Positions 27,588 to 38,770 of a stretch of 64,000 nt of DNA are shown piece after piece (position 1 is the stretch's first letter; every line of letters begins with the position of its first letter). Made by a program: the position numbers and the translations under genes. Origin of the DNA: Terriglobia bacterium (GTDB lineage: Bacteria > Acidobacteriota > Polarisedimenticolia > Polarisedimenticolales > JAIQFR01); NCBI GenBank assembly GCA_963748015.1, contig CAVVHE010000004.1, forward strand, positions 192,001-256,000, in the 5' to 3' direction. The notes beneath the pieces were generated by a model, which saw only the letters and a list, made by a program, of their open reading frames with translations, was not told the DNA's origin and did no database searches.

Positions 27588-28128
27588 GCTGCGCGGGCGG
27601 CGGATCCGGGTCCCGCGCGGCAACGCCGTGCGGCCCACGCCCGACAAGGCTCGCGAGGCCCTCTTCGACATCCTCGGACAGGACCTGTCGGGTGCGAGGG
27701 TCCTCGATGCCTGCGCGGGAAGCGGGGCGCTCGGCTTCGAGGCGTTGAGCCGCGGGGCCGCCTCCGCCACGTTCATCGAGGCGGACCGGGTGGTCCTCGC
27801 GCTGCTTCAGGGTAACGCTCGAGGCCTCGGGGTGGAGTCCCGCTGCAGGATCCTCCACGGAAGGGCCGAGTTGCTCATCGCGCGGGGGGGCGCCGGGGGG
27901 CCGTTCGACCTCGTTCTCGCGGACCCACCGTACGCCGAGCCGCTCCGAGCCCCGCTTCTCGCGGCGCTGCTGGCGGCCGCCGGGAGCCTGGCTCCGGGCT
28001 GCCGGGTCGTGCTCGAGCGCGACGCGGCGTCCGCCCCCATCCCCAGCGGCGGTGAGGGGCTGCCCCTGGTGCGCACCGCCCGCTACGGCCGGACATGCCT
28101 CGACTTCTACCTTTTGGAAAGGACCTGA
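27559..28128 (+). CDS. rsmD: 16S rRNA (guanine(966)-N2)-methyltransferase
   Basis: LRIVAG..RG, RPT.D..REALF, AGSGALGFEALSRGA, DPPY. Confidence 0.93.
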   Translation: MGTLRIVAGELRGRRIRVPRGNAVRPTPDKAREALFDILGQDLSGARVLDACAGSGALGFEALSRGAASATFIEADRVVLALLQGNARGLGVESRCRILHGRAELLIARGGAGGPFDLVLADPPYAEPLRAPLLAALLAAAGSLAPGCRVVLERDAASAPIPSGGEGLPLVRTARYGRTCLDFYLLERT

Positions 28129-28361
28129 CCCCGCCGGCCGGCTTTCGGGGGCGGCTGCGATACCGGGGTTGATTTCCGCCTTTTCGGCCTTATATTTGCC
28201 CCCGTCCCGATGCCAGGTCACCGGGCGTGTGCCGCACGGGCCGGCGGCTCCTGCAAAAAGGGCCGCCGCCCGGGCGTTCCTGACCGAGGGCTCGGCTTGA
28301 CTTCGAGGTCGCGCTCCGGGAGGATGGCGCGGATGCGCCCGCGGAGGAAGAGGAGTTGCTC

Positions 28362-29501
28362 ATGAGAAAGATCGGTGCGGTTGCGGCGATCGTCCTCGCG
28401 GTCCTCCTGGTGGGCGCCTACCCCATCCTGGCCGCGGACGCCACGCCGGGCGGGACGTCCACGCAGCCTCCCAAGAACCTCAAGAAGGTCGGGGACCACT
28501 GGACCCCCTGGAGCCCGCCGCAGGCGGGGCCCGACTCCTACATCATCCAGCGGGGCGACACGCTCTGGGACCTCGCGGGGAAGTGGCTCGGCGACCCGCA
28601 CCTCTGGCCCCAGGTCTGGGACCTCAACCGCTACGTGGAAGACAGCCACTGGATCTACCCGGGCGACCCGCTTGGAGTGCCCGGAAAGCCCACCGTGGTG
28701 CCGGCCGGCGGCCCGCCCGCGGCCCCTCCCGCCGAGGAGACCGGCGCGACGACGGCGGACGTTCCGCAGGAACGGCCCGCGGCGCCGGCTCCGGCTCCAT
28801 ATTCTCCGCCTCCGGCCCCGCTGCTTCCGGTCGCAGACGCTTCGGACGTCTATTGCTCCGGCATGATCGAGCCGCAGCACGAGGCGTCTTCGCTGTCGCT
28901 CATCGGCCGGGAGACCGAGCGCGAGCAGGTGGCGCAGGGGGACGTCGTTTACCTCAACCACGGACGCGACCAGGGCATCGTGCCGGGCGCCGCGTACCAG
29001 GTGCAGCGGGTGGCCGGACCGGTCGCGCACCCCGCGACGACCGGCGGACTGGGCACGATGCTGACGCGTCTCGGAAAGGTCCGCATCCTCGCGGTCCAGG
29101 AGAACACGTCCACGGCCGTCATCGAGTTGTCGTGCGCGCCGATCCGGCAGGGCGACGAGGCGGTTCCGTGGCGCGAGATCCCGATTCCGCGGATGGCCTC
29201 GATGCCGAAGTTCGATCGCTGGAACGCCGACCCCTCGGGCGGTCCGGACGGCTACGTCGTCGCCACGAAGGACGGCCTGGCGGACGTGGGTTCCGGGAAC
29301 GTGATGTTCACCGATCTCGGAAGCGCGAAGGGGCTGCAGCCCGGCTCCGTGCTCCGGGTCTACCGTGACCAGCAGGGACTGCCTCGCATGAACCTCGGCC
29401 AGGCCGTGGTCCTCGAGACCGCGCAGGACACCTCGGCCGTCAAGGTCACGCTTGCCGTGAAGGAAATCGCGGTCGGAGACCGCGTCGAGCTCGAGCGCTA
29501 G
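28362..29501 (+). CDS. Exported LysM peptidoglycan-binding protein
   Basis: Signal peptide, YIIQRGDTLWDLA..LWPQVW..N..HWIYPGD LysM, two similar C-terminal beta domains. Confidence 0.88.
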   Translation: MRKIGAVAAIVLAVLLVGAYPILAADATPGGTSTQPPKNLKKVGDHWTPWSPPQAGPDSYIIQRGDTLWDLAGKWLGDPHLWPQVWDLNRYVEDSHWIYPGDPLGVPGKPTVVPAGGPPAAPPAEETGATTADVPQERPAAPAPAPYSPPPAPLLPVADASDVYCSGMIEPQHEASSLSLIGRETEREQVAQGDVVYLNHGRDQGIVPGAAYQVQRVAGPVAHPATTGGLGTMLTRLGKVRILAVQENTSTAVIELSCAPIRQGDEAVPWREIPIPRMASMPKFDRWNADPSGGPDGYVVATKDGLADVGSGNVMFTDLGSAKGLQPGSVLRVYRDQQGLPRMNLGQAVVLETAQDTSAVKVTLAVKEIAVGDRVELER

Positions 29502-29530
29502 CCAGGCACGGGTCGAGTGCTCCAGCCGAG

Positions 29531-29563
29531 CGGGGGCGGGCGAGAGCCCGCCCCCGTCATTTT
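29531..29563 (+). terminator. Intrinsic terminator between convergent genes
   Basis: CGGGGGCGGGC-GAGA-GCCCGCCCCCG followed by TCATTTT. Confidence 0.7.
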
Positions 29564-29569
29564 CGGGGC

Positions 29570-30073
29570 TCAGATCTCGCGGAGCTTCTGCCGGAGCAGG
29601 AGGATCTCGAGGGCCAGGCCGGCCTTCGCCGTGACGCGCCGCATCAGCGGAATGTCGGGGCGCGTCATGGGCCGCTCGTCGTCGTCGAGGTAGAGGAGCG
29701 CCGCGGTGCGCTCCTTCACCAGGACCGGGAGCACCAGCGCCATCGCGGGCATCCTGCCGCCGAGCACGGTGTAGAGATCCCGGTTCCCCGGAAGCGGCGG
29801 CACCACGCCGAAGTAAAAATCACGGCTCCCCAGCGCGGCGTCGAGCACGGTGGACGCGCCGGGAGCGACGCAGATCTTCCCCAGGATCTCGGTGTCGAAT
29901 CCGCGGCCGCGGCCCGCTACCCCGCGAATCCCCTCGCGTCCGACGGCGAACAGGGCGCAGCGCGCGGCACGGCCGCCGCAGAAATCGAGGAGCGCGACGG
30001 CGAGGGCTTCGCGGTCGGCCGGACGCTCGAGACCCGCCTCGAGCCGCTTCATCGGATCGCTCTCGGTGACCAC
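29570..30073 (-). CDS. Hypothetical protein, GAF-like fold
   Basis: GGAGG RBS and GTG; pattern REALA..LL..R.ALF..LVLPVLV..R..ALLYLD resembles GAF-like domains. Confidence 0.65.
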   Translation of the reverse strand: MVTESDPMKRLEAGLERPADREALAVALLDFCGGRAARCALFAVGREGIRGVAGRGRGFDTEILGKICVAPGASTVLDAALGSRDFYFGVVPPLPGNRDLYTVLGGRMPAMALVLPVLVKERTAALLYLDDDERPMTRPDIPLMRRVTAKAGLALEILLLRQKLREI

Positions 30074-30136
30074 CGTGACCTCCCGCGGTCCGCGGCGTCG
30101 ACTATCCGACCCGGCCAAGAGCCGGCCGACTCCGGA

Positions 30137-32374
30137 TCAGCGGCCGCGACCGCCGCCCGAGGGCCCCCGGCCCCTGTCGGGCCCTCCACCGTGGCCGCCG
30201 CGTCCCTCAGGGCGCGGTCCGCCGTGGCGTGGCCCGCCGCCGTGCGGCCGCTGCTCGCCTTCCTGCTCGGGAGGCGGTCCTGTCTCCCCGCGCTGCTCGC
30301 GGAGGACGGCCTTTCGCGAGAGGCGGACTCGTCCCTGGCCGTCGATCTCGATGACCTTGACGAGCACCTCTTCACCCTCGTCGATCTCGTCCTTGACCTC
30401 GGCGATCCGCTGCTCCGCGATCTCCGAGATGTGCAGGAGCCCCTCGACGCCGGGGAGAACCTCGACGAACGCGCCGAAGTTGACCACGCGCACGACCTTG
30501 CCCAGGTAGGTCTTCCCGAGCTCGGCCTCGGCGGTCAGCTCCTTGATGATCTCCACCGCCTTCTTGGCGGCATCCTCGTCGGTGGAGGCGATGTCCACCC
30601 GCCCGTCGTCGTGGACCTCGATCTTGCAGCCGGTCCGCTCGACGATGGAGCGGATCATCTTGCCGCCTGGCCCGATGACGTCGCGAATCTTGTCCTTGTG
30701 GATCACGATCGTGATGATCCGCGGAGCGTATTGCGAGATGTCGTCGCGCGGCTTGCCGATGGCGCGGTCCATGGTGTCGAGGATCGCGAGCCTCGCCGCC
30801 CTGGCCTGCGCGAGCGCACCGCTCATGATCTCCCGCGTGATCCCGGTGATCTTGATGTCCATCTGGAGGCCGGTGATCCCGGCCCGGGTCCCCGCGACCT
30901 TGAAGTCCATGTCGCCGTGGTGGTCCTCCGCCCCCGCGATGTCGGTGAGCACGGCGTAGCGGTCTCCCTCCTTGACGAGCCCCATCGCGATCCCGGCGAC
31001 CGGAGACTTCATCGGCACGCCGGCGTCCATGAGCGCGAGGGATCCTCCGCAGATGGTCGCCATCGAGGAGGAGCCGTTCGACTCGAGGATGTCCGACACG
31101 ATCCGGATCGTGTACGGCCACTCCTCTTCCTTGGGCGTCAGGGGGAGCAGGGATCGCTCGGCGAGGGCGCCGTGGCCGATCTCGCGCCGGCCGGGGCCCC
31201 GCAGGAACTTCACCTCGCCCACGGAGAACGGCGGGAAGTTGTAGTGCAGCATGAACCGCCTGAACGACTCGCCCTCGATCCAGTCGAGGCGCTGGGCGTC
31301 GGCGGAGGTGCCGAGGGTCACGGTCACGAGGGCCTGCGTCTCGCCCCGCGTGAACAGCGCCGACCCGTGGGTGCGGGGCAGGACGGAGACCTCGCTCCGG
31401 ATCTCGCGGATCTGGTCGAATCGGCGCCCGTCGAGCCGGATCCCCTTGCCGAGCACCTCGTCCCGGAGGATCAGGTCCTGCATCTCGCCCCACATGCGCG
31501 AGGCGAACGCCTTCTCTTCCTTCTGCTCCTCGTTGAACCCCGCGAGCAGCTCCTCCTTGAGGGCGTCCACCTTCGCGTAGCTCTCGAGCTTGCCCGGGGT
31601 CCGCATCGCGTCCGCCAGACGGTTCCGGAAGGCGCCGAGCAGCTTCTCGCGGAGGCCGGCGGGCTCGGCCAGGGCCTTGACGGAGCGCCGCGTCTTGCCG
31701 ATCTCCGCGGCCAGCTCCTTCTCCACCGCGACGATCTTGCGAACCGCGTCGTGCCCGCGCGAGATCGCCTCGAGCAGCTCCTCCTCGGACACCTCGGACG
31801 CTCCCGCCTCGACCATCACCACCGCGTCTTCCGAGCCCGCGACGACCAGGTCCAGGCGGCTCGTCTGGAGCTGCTGGAAGGTCGGGTTCAGCAGGTATTC
31901 GCCCTCGGGCGTCAGGCCGACGCGCACGGCGGCGATCGGGAACGGGAAGGGGATGTCGGAAATGGCGAGGGCGAACGACGCGCCCGTGATCGCGAGTACG
32001 TCGGAGTCGTTCGCCTGGTCCGCGGAGAGGACCAGGCCGATGATCTGGGTCTCGCAGGCCCACCCTTCGGGGAAGAGCGGACGCAGCGGACGGTCGATCA
32101 TCCGCGAGGTCAGCACTTCCTTCTCGTTCGGCCGGCCCTCGCGACGGAAGAACCCGCCGGGGATCTTGCCCGCGGCGTAGGTGTTCTCGCGGTAGTCCAC
32201 GGTGAGGGGCAGGAAGTCCACCCCCTCGCGGGGCTTCTTCGCGGCGCAGGCCGTGACCAGCACGACCGTGTCGCCGAGACGGATCGTCACCGCGCCGTCG
32301 GCCTGGCGCGCCACGTTGCCGGTCTCGATGATGAGCCGCTGCCCTCCGATCTCGACTTCCTTGCGTACGATCAA
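30137..32374 (-). CDS. pnp: Polyribonucleotide nucleotidyltransferase
   Basis: DFLPLTVDYRE, SALFTRGETQ, RREIGHG, ESNGSSSM, GDMDFKVAG, KH and S1 domains; TTG start with GGAGG. Confidence 0.98.
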   Translation of the reverse strand: MIVRKEVEIGGQRLIIETGNVARQADGAVTIRLGDTVVLVTACAAKKPREGVDFLPLTVDYRENTYAAGKIPGGFFRREGRPNEKEVLTSRMIDRPLRPLFPEGWACETQIIGLVLSADQANDSDVLAITGASFALAISDIPFPFPIAAVRVGLTPEGEYLLNPTFQQLQTSRLDLVVAGSEDAVVMVEAGASEVSEEELLEAISRGHDAVRKIVAVEKELAAEIGKTRRSVKALAEPAGLREKLLGAFRNRLADAMRTPGKLESYAKVDALKEELLAGFNEEQKEEKAFASRMWGEMQDLILRDEVLGKGIRLDGRRFDQIREIRSEVSVLPRTHGSALFTRGETQALVTVTLGTSADAQRLDWIEGESFRRFMLHYNFPPFSVGEVKFLRGPGRREIGHGALAERSLLPLTPKEEEWPYTIRIVSDILESNGSSSMATICGGSLALMDAGVPMKSPVAGIAMGLVKEGDRYAVLTDIAGAEDHHGDMDFKVAGTRAGITGLQMDIKITGITREIMSGALAQARAARLAILDTMDRAIGKPRDDISQYAPRIITIVIHKDKIRDVIGPGGKMIRSIVERTGCKIEVHDDGRVDIASTDEDAAKKAVEIIKELTAEAELGKTYLGKVVRVVNFGAFVEVLPGVEGLLHISEIAEQRIAEVKDEIDEGEEVLVKVIEIDGQGRVRLSRKAVLREQRGETGPPPEQEGEQRPHGGGPRHGGPRPEGRGGHGGGPDRGRGPSGGGRGR

Positions 32375-32506
32375 TGTCTTGACCTCCCAACGATGACGGA
32401 CGGGATTCGGGTCAAAGGGCAAGCCGGCCTCCGGGAGACGCACCGCTGCGACGCGGCGCGCCCTCGTTCTGCCGCAGCGCCTGCCGGGTCCGGGAAGAGC
32501 AAGGGG

Positions 32507-32776
32507 CTACTTTCGGATGCCGAGCCGGCCGATGATCCGCTGGTAGCGTTCAAAGTCCTTGCGCTTGAGGTAGTCGAGCAGGCGGCGTCGCTTGCCGACC
32601 ATCTTGAGGAGACCCTGCCGGGAGTGGTGATCCTTGGCGTGCGCCTTGAAATGCTCGGTCAGGTGCTCGATTCGCTTGGTGAGAAGTGCGATCTGGACTT
32701 CGGGGGACCCCGTGTCCGTTTCCGTCATGCGGAAGCTGGTGATGACCTCGGTCTTGTGCTCACGGTTCAGGGGCAC
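32507..32776 (-). CDS. rpsO: 30S ribosomal protein S15
   Basis: [34 protein letters not shown]; 89 aa from GTG with GGAGGA. Confidence 0.98.
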   Translation of the reverse strand: MPLNREHKTEVITSFRMTETDTGSPEVQIALLTKRIEHLTEHFKAHAKDHHSRQGLLKMVGKRRRLLDYLKRKDFERYQRIIGRLGIRK

Positions 32777-32864
32777 CGCGTGTCCTCCTCCGGCGCCGCC
32801 GGCGTTCGCGGACGGGCCAGATTGCGTTGTTGCTCCGGGGCGAAACCCCCGCCCCGACCGTCGA

Positions 32865-32893
32865 AAAATACCACGGCGGCTCGATTCCGGCAA
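32865..32893 (-). promoter_or_regulatory. Putative rpsO promoter
   Basis: Minus strand TTGCCG-17nt-TATTTT with TG extension. Confidence 0.5.
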
Positions 32894-32948
32894 GGAAGCC
32901 AAGGGGAGGCGCAGGACGCGCCGGGAGGCCCGGCCGGGCAGGCGCTCG

Positions 32949-33839
32949 CTAGGAACTCGAGGCGAGCACCACTCGCGGATGGACGGTTCCCGCGATGACC
33001 TCGCCCATGCCGAGAAGGGCGGGGGCAGGGGAGAGGACGCGAACCGTCCCGGAAGCGGGCGAGCCGCCGGGAAGCGGTACCGCCAGGCCGGACGAGAAGC
33101 GGGCGCAGGAGCCGCCGTCGGGGAGGGTGACCGCCGGAGGCTCGAGGGGCATGGCTTCCAGGGGAACGATCGCCGCGGCGAGCGCGCCGGTTGCCTCGAG
33201 GCCGTCCACGGCGGCCGCGTCCTCGACCGCCATCGGACCGATGGCGAGGCGTCTCAAGGCGGCGAGCGCGGCGCCGCAGCCGAGGGCGGCGCCAAGGTCG
33301 CGCGCGATCGCGCGAATGTAGGTCCCGGCCGAGACCTCCGCCTCCACCGCCCAGTCCTCGGGGGAAGGTCCCGGCGTGAGCTCGAGACGGAAGATCTCGA
33401 CGTGGGCCGGCGGGGCCTCCACCTTCCGGCCGCTGCGCGCAAGCCGGTAGAGGCGCTTCCCCTCGACCCTCCGCGCGGAGACCGCGGGAGGCACCTGGGC
33501 GATGCGGCCGACGAGATGCCTGGCCGCCTCGCGCACCTCCTCCGGGGAGGGGAGCGGCCCCTCGTGCCGCGAGACGACGGAGCCGGTCACATCGTCGGTG
33601 GCGGTCGTCACCCCGAGGCGGATGCGCCCGGCGTAGAGCTTCGGAGAGTGCGGGAGGAAGCGGACGAGACGCGTGGCCCGTCCGAGGACCAGGGGAAGCA
33701 GCCCGGAAGCCATCGGATCGAGCGTGCCGGCGTGGCCGATCCTGGATTGCCGCGTGATCCGGCGCACGATGTCGACGACGTCGTGGCTGGTCGGGCCTTC
33801 GGGCTTGTCCACGAGGAGGAGCCCCTCGGGGAGCCGCAT
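32949..33839 (-). CDS. truB: tRNA pseudouridine(55) synthase
   Basis: [37 protein letters not shown]. Confidence 0.96.
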   Translation of the reverse strand: MRLPEGLLLVDKPEGPTSHDVVDIVRRITRQSRIGHAGTLDPMASGLLPLVLGRATRLVRFLPHSPKLYAGRIRLGVTTATDDVTGSVVSRHEGPLPSPEEVREAARHLVGRIAQVPPAVSARRVEGKRLYRLARSGRKVEAPPAHVEIFRLELTPGPSPEDWAVEAEVSAGTYIRAIARDLGAALGCGAALAALRRLAIGPMAVEDAAAVDGLEATGALAAAIVPLEAMPLEPPAVTLPDGGSCARFSSGLAVPLPGGSPASGTVRVLSPAPALLGMGEVIAGTVHPRVVLASSS

Positions 33840-34228
33840 CAAGGCTCGCTCCCGCCGCCCTCGTCGCCGTCGCCCCCGGGCTCCTTGTCCGCCGCGATCT
33901 CGCGCAACAGGGCGTCCACGCGGAAGCCGGAGTCGAGCGAAGGATCCGCCTCGAAGTGGATCTCCGGCGCGTACCGGAGCCGGGTCTCGCGCGCCAGCGC
34001 CCGTCGCAGGAACGGCGCGGCGTGCGCGAGCGCCTTCCCCGCCTCCGCGCGAGGGGCCGCGCCGCCGAGCACCGAGAAGTACACGCGCGCGTGCTTCAGG
34101 TCGGGGCTCATCTTCACGTCGGTCAGGGTGACGAACCCGATGCGGGGATCGCGCACCTCCTCCCGGAGGAGTCGCGCGAGGATCTCGCGGATCACGTCCG
34201 CCATTCTCTCGGCCCGGTGGGTGGTCAT
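33839..34228 (-). CDS. rbfA: Ribosome-binding factor A
   Basis: [34 protein letters not shown]-terminal part of ORF 33839..37879. Confidence 0.95.
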   Translation of the reverse strand: MTTHRAERMADVIREILARLLREEVRDPRIGFVTLTDVKMSPDLKHARVYFSVLGGAAPRAEAGKALAHAAPFLRRALARETRLRYAPEIHFEADPSLDSGFRVDALLREIAADKEPGGDGDEGGGSEP

Positions 34229-34554
34229 CGCCAGTCGCCCTCCCAGCCGCCGGGTCCGCCGTCCGACCCCTCGATGAAGTCCCGGCCCGTCTCGATCACT
34301 TCGCCGGGAACCTGGCTTTCGGCCTCGCGCTGGACGGCGTCGAACAACATCTCGAGAACCTCGCGCCGCGACGCCACCGAGACCACCGCCAGAGTCCCGC
34401 GCTGCCAGAGATCGGCGTGCTCCTCGAGCTCGCTCACCGCGACGTTGTGACGGGCGCGCAGGCGGTCCTTGAGCCGTCGGACGACCTGCCTCTTGTCCTT
34501 GAGCGAGCGGGCGCCCGGGAGATGAAGCTCGAGGGTGAAGACGCCAACGGTCAT
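34225..34554 (-). CDS. DUF503 (YlxP) family protein
   Basis: [23 protein letters not shown]; canonical position between infB and rbfA. Confidence 0.9.
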   Translation of the reverse strand: MTVGVFTLELHLPGARSLKDKRQVVRRLKDRLRARHNVAVSELEEHADLWQRGTLAVVSVASRREVLEMLFDAVQREAESQVPGEVIETGRDFIEGSDGGPGGWEGDWR

Positions 34555-34560
34555 GCGGGC

Positions 34561-37149
34561 CTACAGCGTTTGCCCGGCCACCTTCTCGACGGTGAAGAAC
34601 TCGATGACGTCGCCTTCCTTGAGGTCGTTGAAGTTCGCGATGCCGATGCCGCACTCGAACCCCTGCTTGACCTCGGAGACGTCGTCCTTGAAGCGCTTGA
34701 GGCTCGCGAGCTTCCCGGTGTAGATGACCACGTTGTCGCGGATGAGGCGCACGTCCACGGTCCTGACGCCCTTCCCGTCCGTGAGAAGGCAGCCGGCGAC
34801 CGTGCCGACCTTCGAGATCCGGAACAGCTGGCGGACCTCGGCCTGGCCCAGCACGACTTCCTTCAGGGTGGGCTCGAGCATGCCGACCATCGCCTGCCGG
34901 ACGTCGTTGATGACCTCGTAGATGATCGTGTAGAGACGGATCTCGACTTCTTCCTGCCTCGCGAGCTCCGCCGTGGCGCGGTCGGGCCGGACGTTGAACC
35001 CGACGACGATCGCGTTGGATGCCGCGGCGAGCAGCACGTCCGCCTGCGTGATCGCGCCGGTCGAGGCGCGGAGCACGGAGACCCGGACCTTGCCGGAGGG
35101 AATCTCTCCCAGCGACTTCTGCAGCGCCTCGAGGGAGCCCTGGACGTCCGCCTTGAGGAGGATCGGGAGCTCCTTGGCCACGCCCTCCGCGATGTCGCGA
35201 GAGAGGCTCTCGAGCGTCCGCCGCGACGACTTGGCGAGCGCCGCCACCCGCGCCTTCTCCTGCCGGGCCTGCCCGATCTGGCGGGCCTTCTGCTCGTCCG
35301 CGACCGATTGGAACAGGTCTCCGGCCGTCGGCTCGCTGGAGAATCCCATGACTTCCACCGGGGAAGAGGGGCCGGCCTCCTCGACGCGGCGGCCGTTCTC
35401 GTCGTACATCGCGCGAACCTTGCCGAACGCGGATCCCGCGATGAACGGATCGCCCACGCGCAGGGTGCCCTGCTGTACGAGGAGGGTCGCCACGATCCCG
35501 CGCGCGCGGTCGAGCTTCGCCTCGAGGACGACGCCGGTCGCGAGCTTGTCGGCGTTGGCCTTGAGGTCCTGGATGTCCGCCACGAGGAGGACCATCTCCA
35601 GCAGCTCCGCGAGGCCGACCCGCTTCTTGGCGGAAACCTCGCAGGAGACCGTCTGCCCGCCGTACTCCTCGACGAGAAGGCCCTGGTCCGAGAGCTGCTG
35701 CTTCACCCGGTCGGCGCGAGCCTCGGGCTTGTCGATCTTGTTGACCGCCACGACGATGGGCACGCCCGCCGCCCTGGCGTGATCGATCGCCTCGATCGTC
35801 TGGGGCTTCACGCCGTCGTCCGCGGCGACGACGAGGACGACGATGTCCGTCACGCGCGCGCCCCTGGCCCGCATCATCGTGAACGCCTCGTGCCCCGGCG
35901 TGTCGAGGAACGTGATCTTCCGGCCGCGCTCGGTGACCTGGTAAGCGCCGATGTGCTGGGTGATGCCGCCGTGCTCCGTGCTCACGACGTTGGTCACGCG
36001 GATGGCGTCGAGAAGCGATGTCTTGCCGTGGTCCACGTGGCCCATGACCGTGACGACGGGCGGACGAGGCGTCAGCTTGTCCGGCGCGTCGGCGGGCGCT
36101 TCCCGCTCGCCGGCGAGCGACGCGTGCTGAACCTCTTCCTCGAAGGTCACGATCGTGGCCTCGGAGCCGAACTCCTTGGCGAGTTCCACGGCGACCGTGG
36201 GATCGAGAGGCTGGTTGATGTTCGCCAGCACCCCCCTGGCCATCAGCTTCGCGATGATGTCCTTCGACTTGCGGTTGAGCTTCTCGGCGAGCTCCTTGAC
36301 CGTCACGGTCTCGGACAGGCTGATCTTCTCGGGAACCGGCGGGAGGTCGGGCTTCTGGCGCGCCACCGGCGGCGGAAGCGTTTCGTCGGTCTTCTTCCGG
36401 CGACCCCCCGCCGAAGGGGCGGGCCCGGGCGCGGGACGGCCCGGAATGGGGGGGCGGCCGGGGACCGCCGGACGCGGGGCGACGCCCGGACGTGCGACGA
36501 CGCCCGGACGCGGGGCCTCCGTGCGGACCGGCGGCATGGCGCGCGGGGGAGCGGTACGTCCCGCGGCCTGCGCGGCGCGAATGGAGCTCAGCGAGGGAAT
36601 GCGTTTCGCGGCGAACACACGGGGATGCCTGACTTCCGGCACGGCCGGAGCCGCGGGACGCGCCTCGGGCTCGGCGGCGGGCGCGGCACCCGGCTCGGCG
36701 GCCGAAGGCTCGATCGCTGCCGGAGCGTGAGCCAGGGCATCGTCCGCCGGCGCCGCCGCCAGCGGCAACTCGGTCCCGATCTCGGCGAGGGCCGGCTCGA
36801 CCGCGACCGCGGGCAGCGGCTCGGGCTCGACGTCGGCAGCCGGCGGCGCGGCCTCCGCGCCGGCGGCCGCTCGAAGCTCCTCCACCGCGGGGCGGGACGC
36901 GGCGTCGGCGGCGCTCGCACGCGCTTCCTCGGCGACCCGTTGCTCGTCGCGGCGGCGCTCGTCGAAGATGCGCTTCTTTTCCGCCTCGATGGCGGTGAAG
37001 AGCCTCCGTCGGACCAACTCGGCAGTCTCGTCGTCGAGGGCGCTGAGGTCGGACTTCACCTCCCGGCCCATGCGGTCCAGCAGCTCCAGGATCAGAGCGC
37101 TCTGGACCTTGAGCTCCTTCGCGAGTTGATAAACCCTGACGTCCGCCAT
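34561..37149 (-). CDS. infB: Translation initiation factor IF-2
   Basis: [59 protein letters not shown]. Confidence 0.98.
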   Translation of the reverse strand: MADVRVYQLAKELKVQSALILELLDRMGREVKSDLSALDDETAELVRRRLFTAIEAEKKRIFDERRRDEQRVAEEARASAADAASRPAVEELRAAAGAEAAPPAADVEPEPLPAVAVEPALAEIGTELPLAAAPADDALAHAPAAIEPSAAEPGAAPAAEPEARPAAPAVPEVRHPRVFAAKRIPSLSSIRAAQAAGRTAPPRAMPPVRTEAPRPGVVARPGVAPRPAVPGRPPIPGRPAPGPAPSAGGRRKKTDETLPPPVARQKPDLPPVPEKISLSETVTVKELAEKLNRKSKDIIAKLMARGVLANINQPLDPTVAVELAKEFGSEATIVTFEEEVQHASLAGEREAPADAPDKLTPRPPVVTVMGHVDHGKTSLLDAIRVTNVVSTEHGGITQHIGAYQVTERGRKITFLDTPGHEAFTMMRARGARVTDIVVLVVAADDGVKPQTIEAIDHARAAGVPIVVAVNKIDKPEARADRVKQQLSDQGLLVEEYGGQTVSCEVSAKKRVGLAELLEMVLLVADIQDLKANADKLATGVVLEAKLDRARGIVATLLVQQGTLRVGDPFIAGSAFGKVRAMYDENGRRVEEAGPSSPVEVMGFSSEPTAGDLFQSVADEQKARQIGQARQEKARVAALAKSSRRTLESLSRDIAEGVAKELPILLKADVQGSLEALQKSLGEIPSGKVRVSVLRASTGAITQADVLLAAASNAIVVGFNVRPDRATAELARQEEVEIRLYTIIYEVINDVRQAMVGMLEPTLKEVVLGQAEVRQLFRISKVGTVAGCLLTDGKGVRTVDVRLIRDNVVIYTGKLASLKRFKDDVSEVKQGFECGIGIANFNDLKEGDVIEFFTVEKVAGQTL

Positions 37150-37167
37150 TCCGGCTCCGTTCACCCG

Positions 37168-38637
37168 TTACGCCCCGTCCCCGGTAGGGGGCAGCGAGCC
37201 CTCGTGGGGCTCTTCCCCGTCCTGGGAGGCGGCTTCCTCGTCTTCTTCCGATACCGGCTCGTCGGCGCCGGGCTCCTCGCCCTCCGCCCCGGCGGCCTGC
37301 TCCTCGGCGGCCCGCGCCGCGGCCTCGGCTTCGGCCGCGGCCTCGGCTTCGGCCTCCGCGGCGAGCCGGGCCTCGAGCGCGACCTCGGCGGCGTCGTGGA
37401 TCGCGATCGCGGACTTCTCGCCGATTCCCTCGATGCTGGTCAGATCCTCGAGCGAGGCGAGCGCGACCTCCTCGACGCTGCGGAACCCCGCGTCGAGCAG
37501 GCGCGACGCGATGGCGGTCCCGATGCCCGGGAGGCTCGCCAGCTCCCGGCTCGCCTCCGCCATCCGCTCCATCTCCGCCTCGACCTCGGCCTTCTTCTCC
37601 GCCTCGCTCTTGATGTCCAGCCTCCAGCCCACGAGCTTGCTGGCCAGGCGGACGTTCTGCCCCTTCTTGCCGATCGCGAGGGAGAGCTGGTCCTCCGAGA
37701 CGATCACCTCCATCTCGCGAGTCTCGTAGTCCCTGACCGTCACGCGGTTGATCGAGGCCGGGCTCAGGGCGTGCCGCACGTACTGGGAAGGATCGTCGTC
37801 GTACTGGACGATGTCGATCTTCTCGCCGCGAAGCTCCCGGATCACGGCCTGGACGCGCGACCCCTTCATGCCGACGCACGCGCCCACCGGGTCGACGTCG
37901 CGCTCCTTGGAGCGCACCGAGACCTTGCTACGCTCGCCCGCGTCGCGGGCGACGCTGACGATGATCACGGTGCCGTCGTAGATCTCCGGCACCTCCATCT
38001 CGAAGAGCTTCTTGACCAGCAGCTCGCTGGCGCGGGAGAGGGTCAGCTGCGGTCCCTTCCCCTGGCGCTCCACGTTCACGAGGACCGCCCGGATGCGGTC
38101 GCCGGGGTTGTAGTGCTCGGCCCGCGACTGCTCGCGCCGGGGGATCACCGCCTCGGTCCGCCCGAGGTCCACCATCATGTCGCCCCGATCGAAGCGCTTC
38201 GCCTGCCCGGTGAGGAGCTCGCCGATCCGGTCGCCGTACTCGCGCCAGACCAGCTCCCGCTCGGCTTCCTTCACCTTCTGATAGATGACTTGCTTCGCAG
38301 CCTGCGCGGCGATGCGGGTCAGCGGCAGCTCGGCGTGCTCCTTCACCGTCTCGAAGACCGTTCCGACCTCGGCGTCCGGCCGGATCACGCGGGCGTCCTC
38401 GAGGAGGATCTCGGTGACGGGATCCAGGAACTCCTCGTCCGCCACGACGGTCTGGCGGGAGAAGAGCACGAACCGGCCGCTCTCGCGATCGAAGCGCGCG
38501 GCGAAGTCCTCCTTGCTGTGGTAGTACTTCCGCGACGCGGCGGCGTAAGCTTCCTCGACCGCCTGGATGATGATCTCGGCGTCGATTCCCTTTTCGCGGC
38601 CTATTTGCTCGATGGTCTGGAACAGTTCGCTGCTCAT
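37168..38637 (-). CDS. nusA: Transcription termination/antitermination factor NusA
   Basis: [39 protein letters not shown]-terminal HhH repeats and acidic tail. Confidence 0.97.
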   Translation of the reverse strand: MSSELFQTIEQIGREKGIDAEIIIQAVEEAYAAASRKYYHSKEDFAARFDRESGRFVLFSRQTVVADEEFLDPVTEILLEDARVIRPDAEVGTVFETVKEHAELPLTRIAAQAAKQVIYQKVKEAERELVWREYGDRIGELLTGQAKRFDRGDMMVDLGRTEAVIPRREQSRAEHYNPGDRIRAVLVNVERQGKGPQLTLSRASELLVKKLFEMEVPEIYDGTVIIVSVARDAGERSKVSVRSKERDVDPVGACVGMKGSRVQAVIRELRGEKIDIVQYDDDPSQYVRHALSPASINRVTVRDYETREMEVIVSEDQLSLAIGKKGQNVRLASKLVGWRLDIKSEAEKKAEVEAEMERMAEASRELASLPGIGTAIASRLLDAGFRSVEEVALASLEDLTSIEGIGEKSAIAIHDAAEVALEARLAAEAEAEAAAEAEAAARAAEEQAAGAEGEEPGADEPVSEEDEEAASQDGEEPHEGSLPPTGDGA

Positions 38638-38770
38638 GGAAGCCCTGTTCTCCGATCTCCGGTCCGCCTTACGCCCCGAGTAGTAGGCTCCCCACGGAAC
38701 CCCGCGTACGCGACCCGTCGGGTCGCAACGATCCCCGCGCGCGCCGTCCCTTCTCGCGCGTCCGAGTATT

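Noticed and set aside
30137..30260. Gly/Arg-rich tail of PNPase, acidic tail of NusA and Pro/Ala-rich IF-2 linker
   Set aside because: Low-complexity tails are common in these proteins in high-GC bacteria
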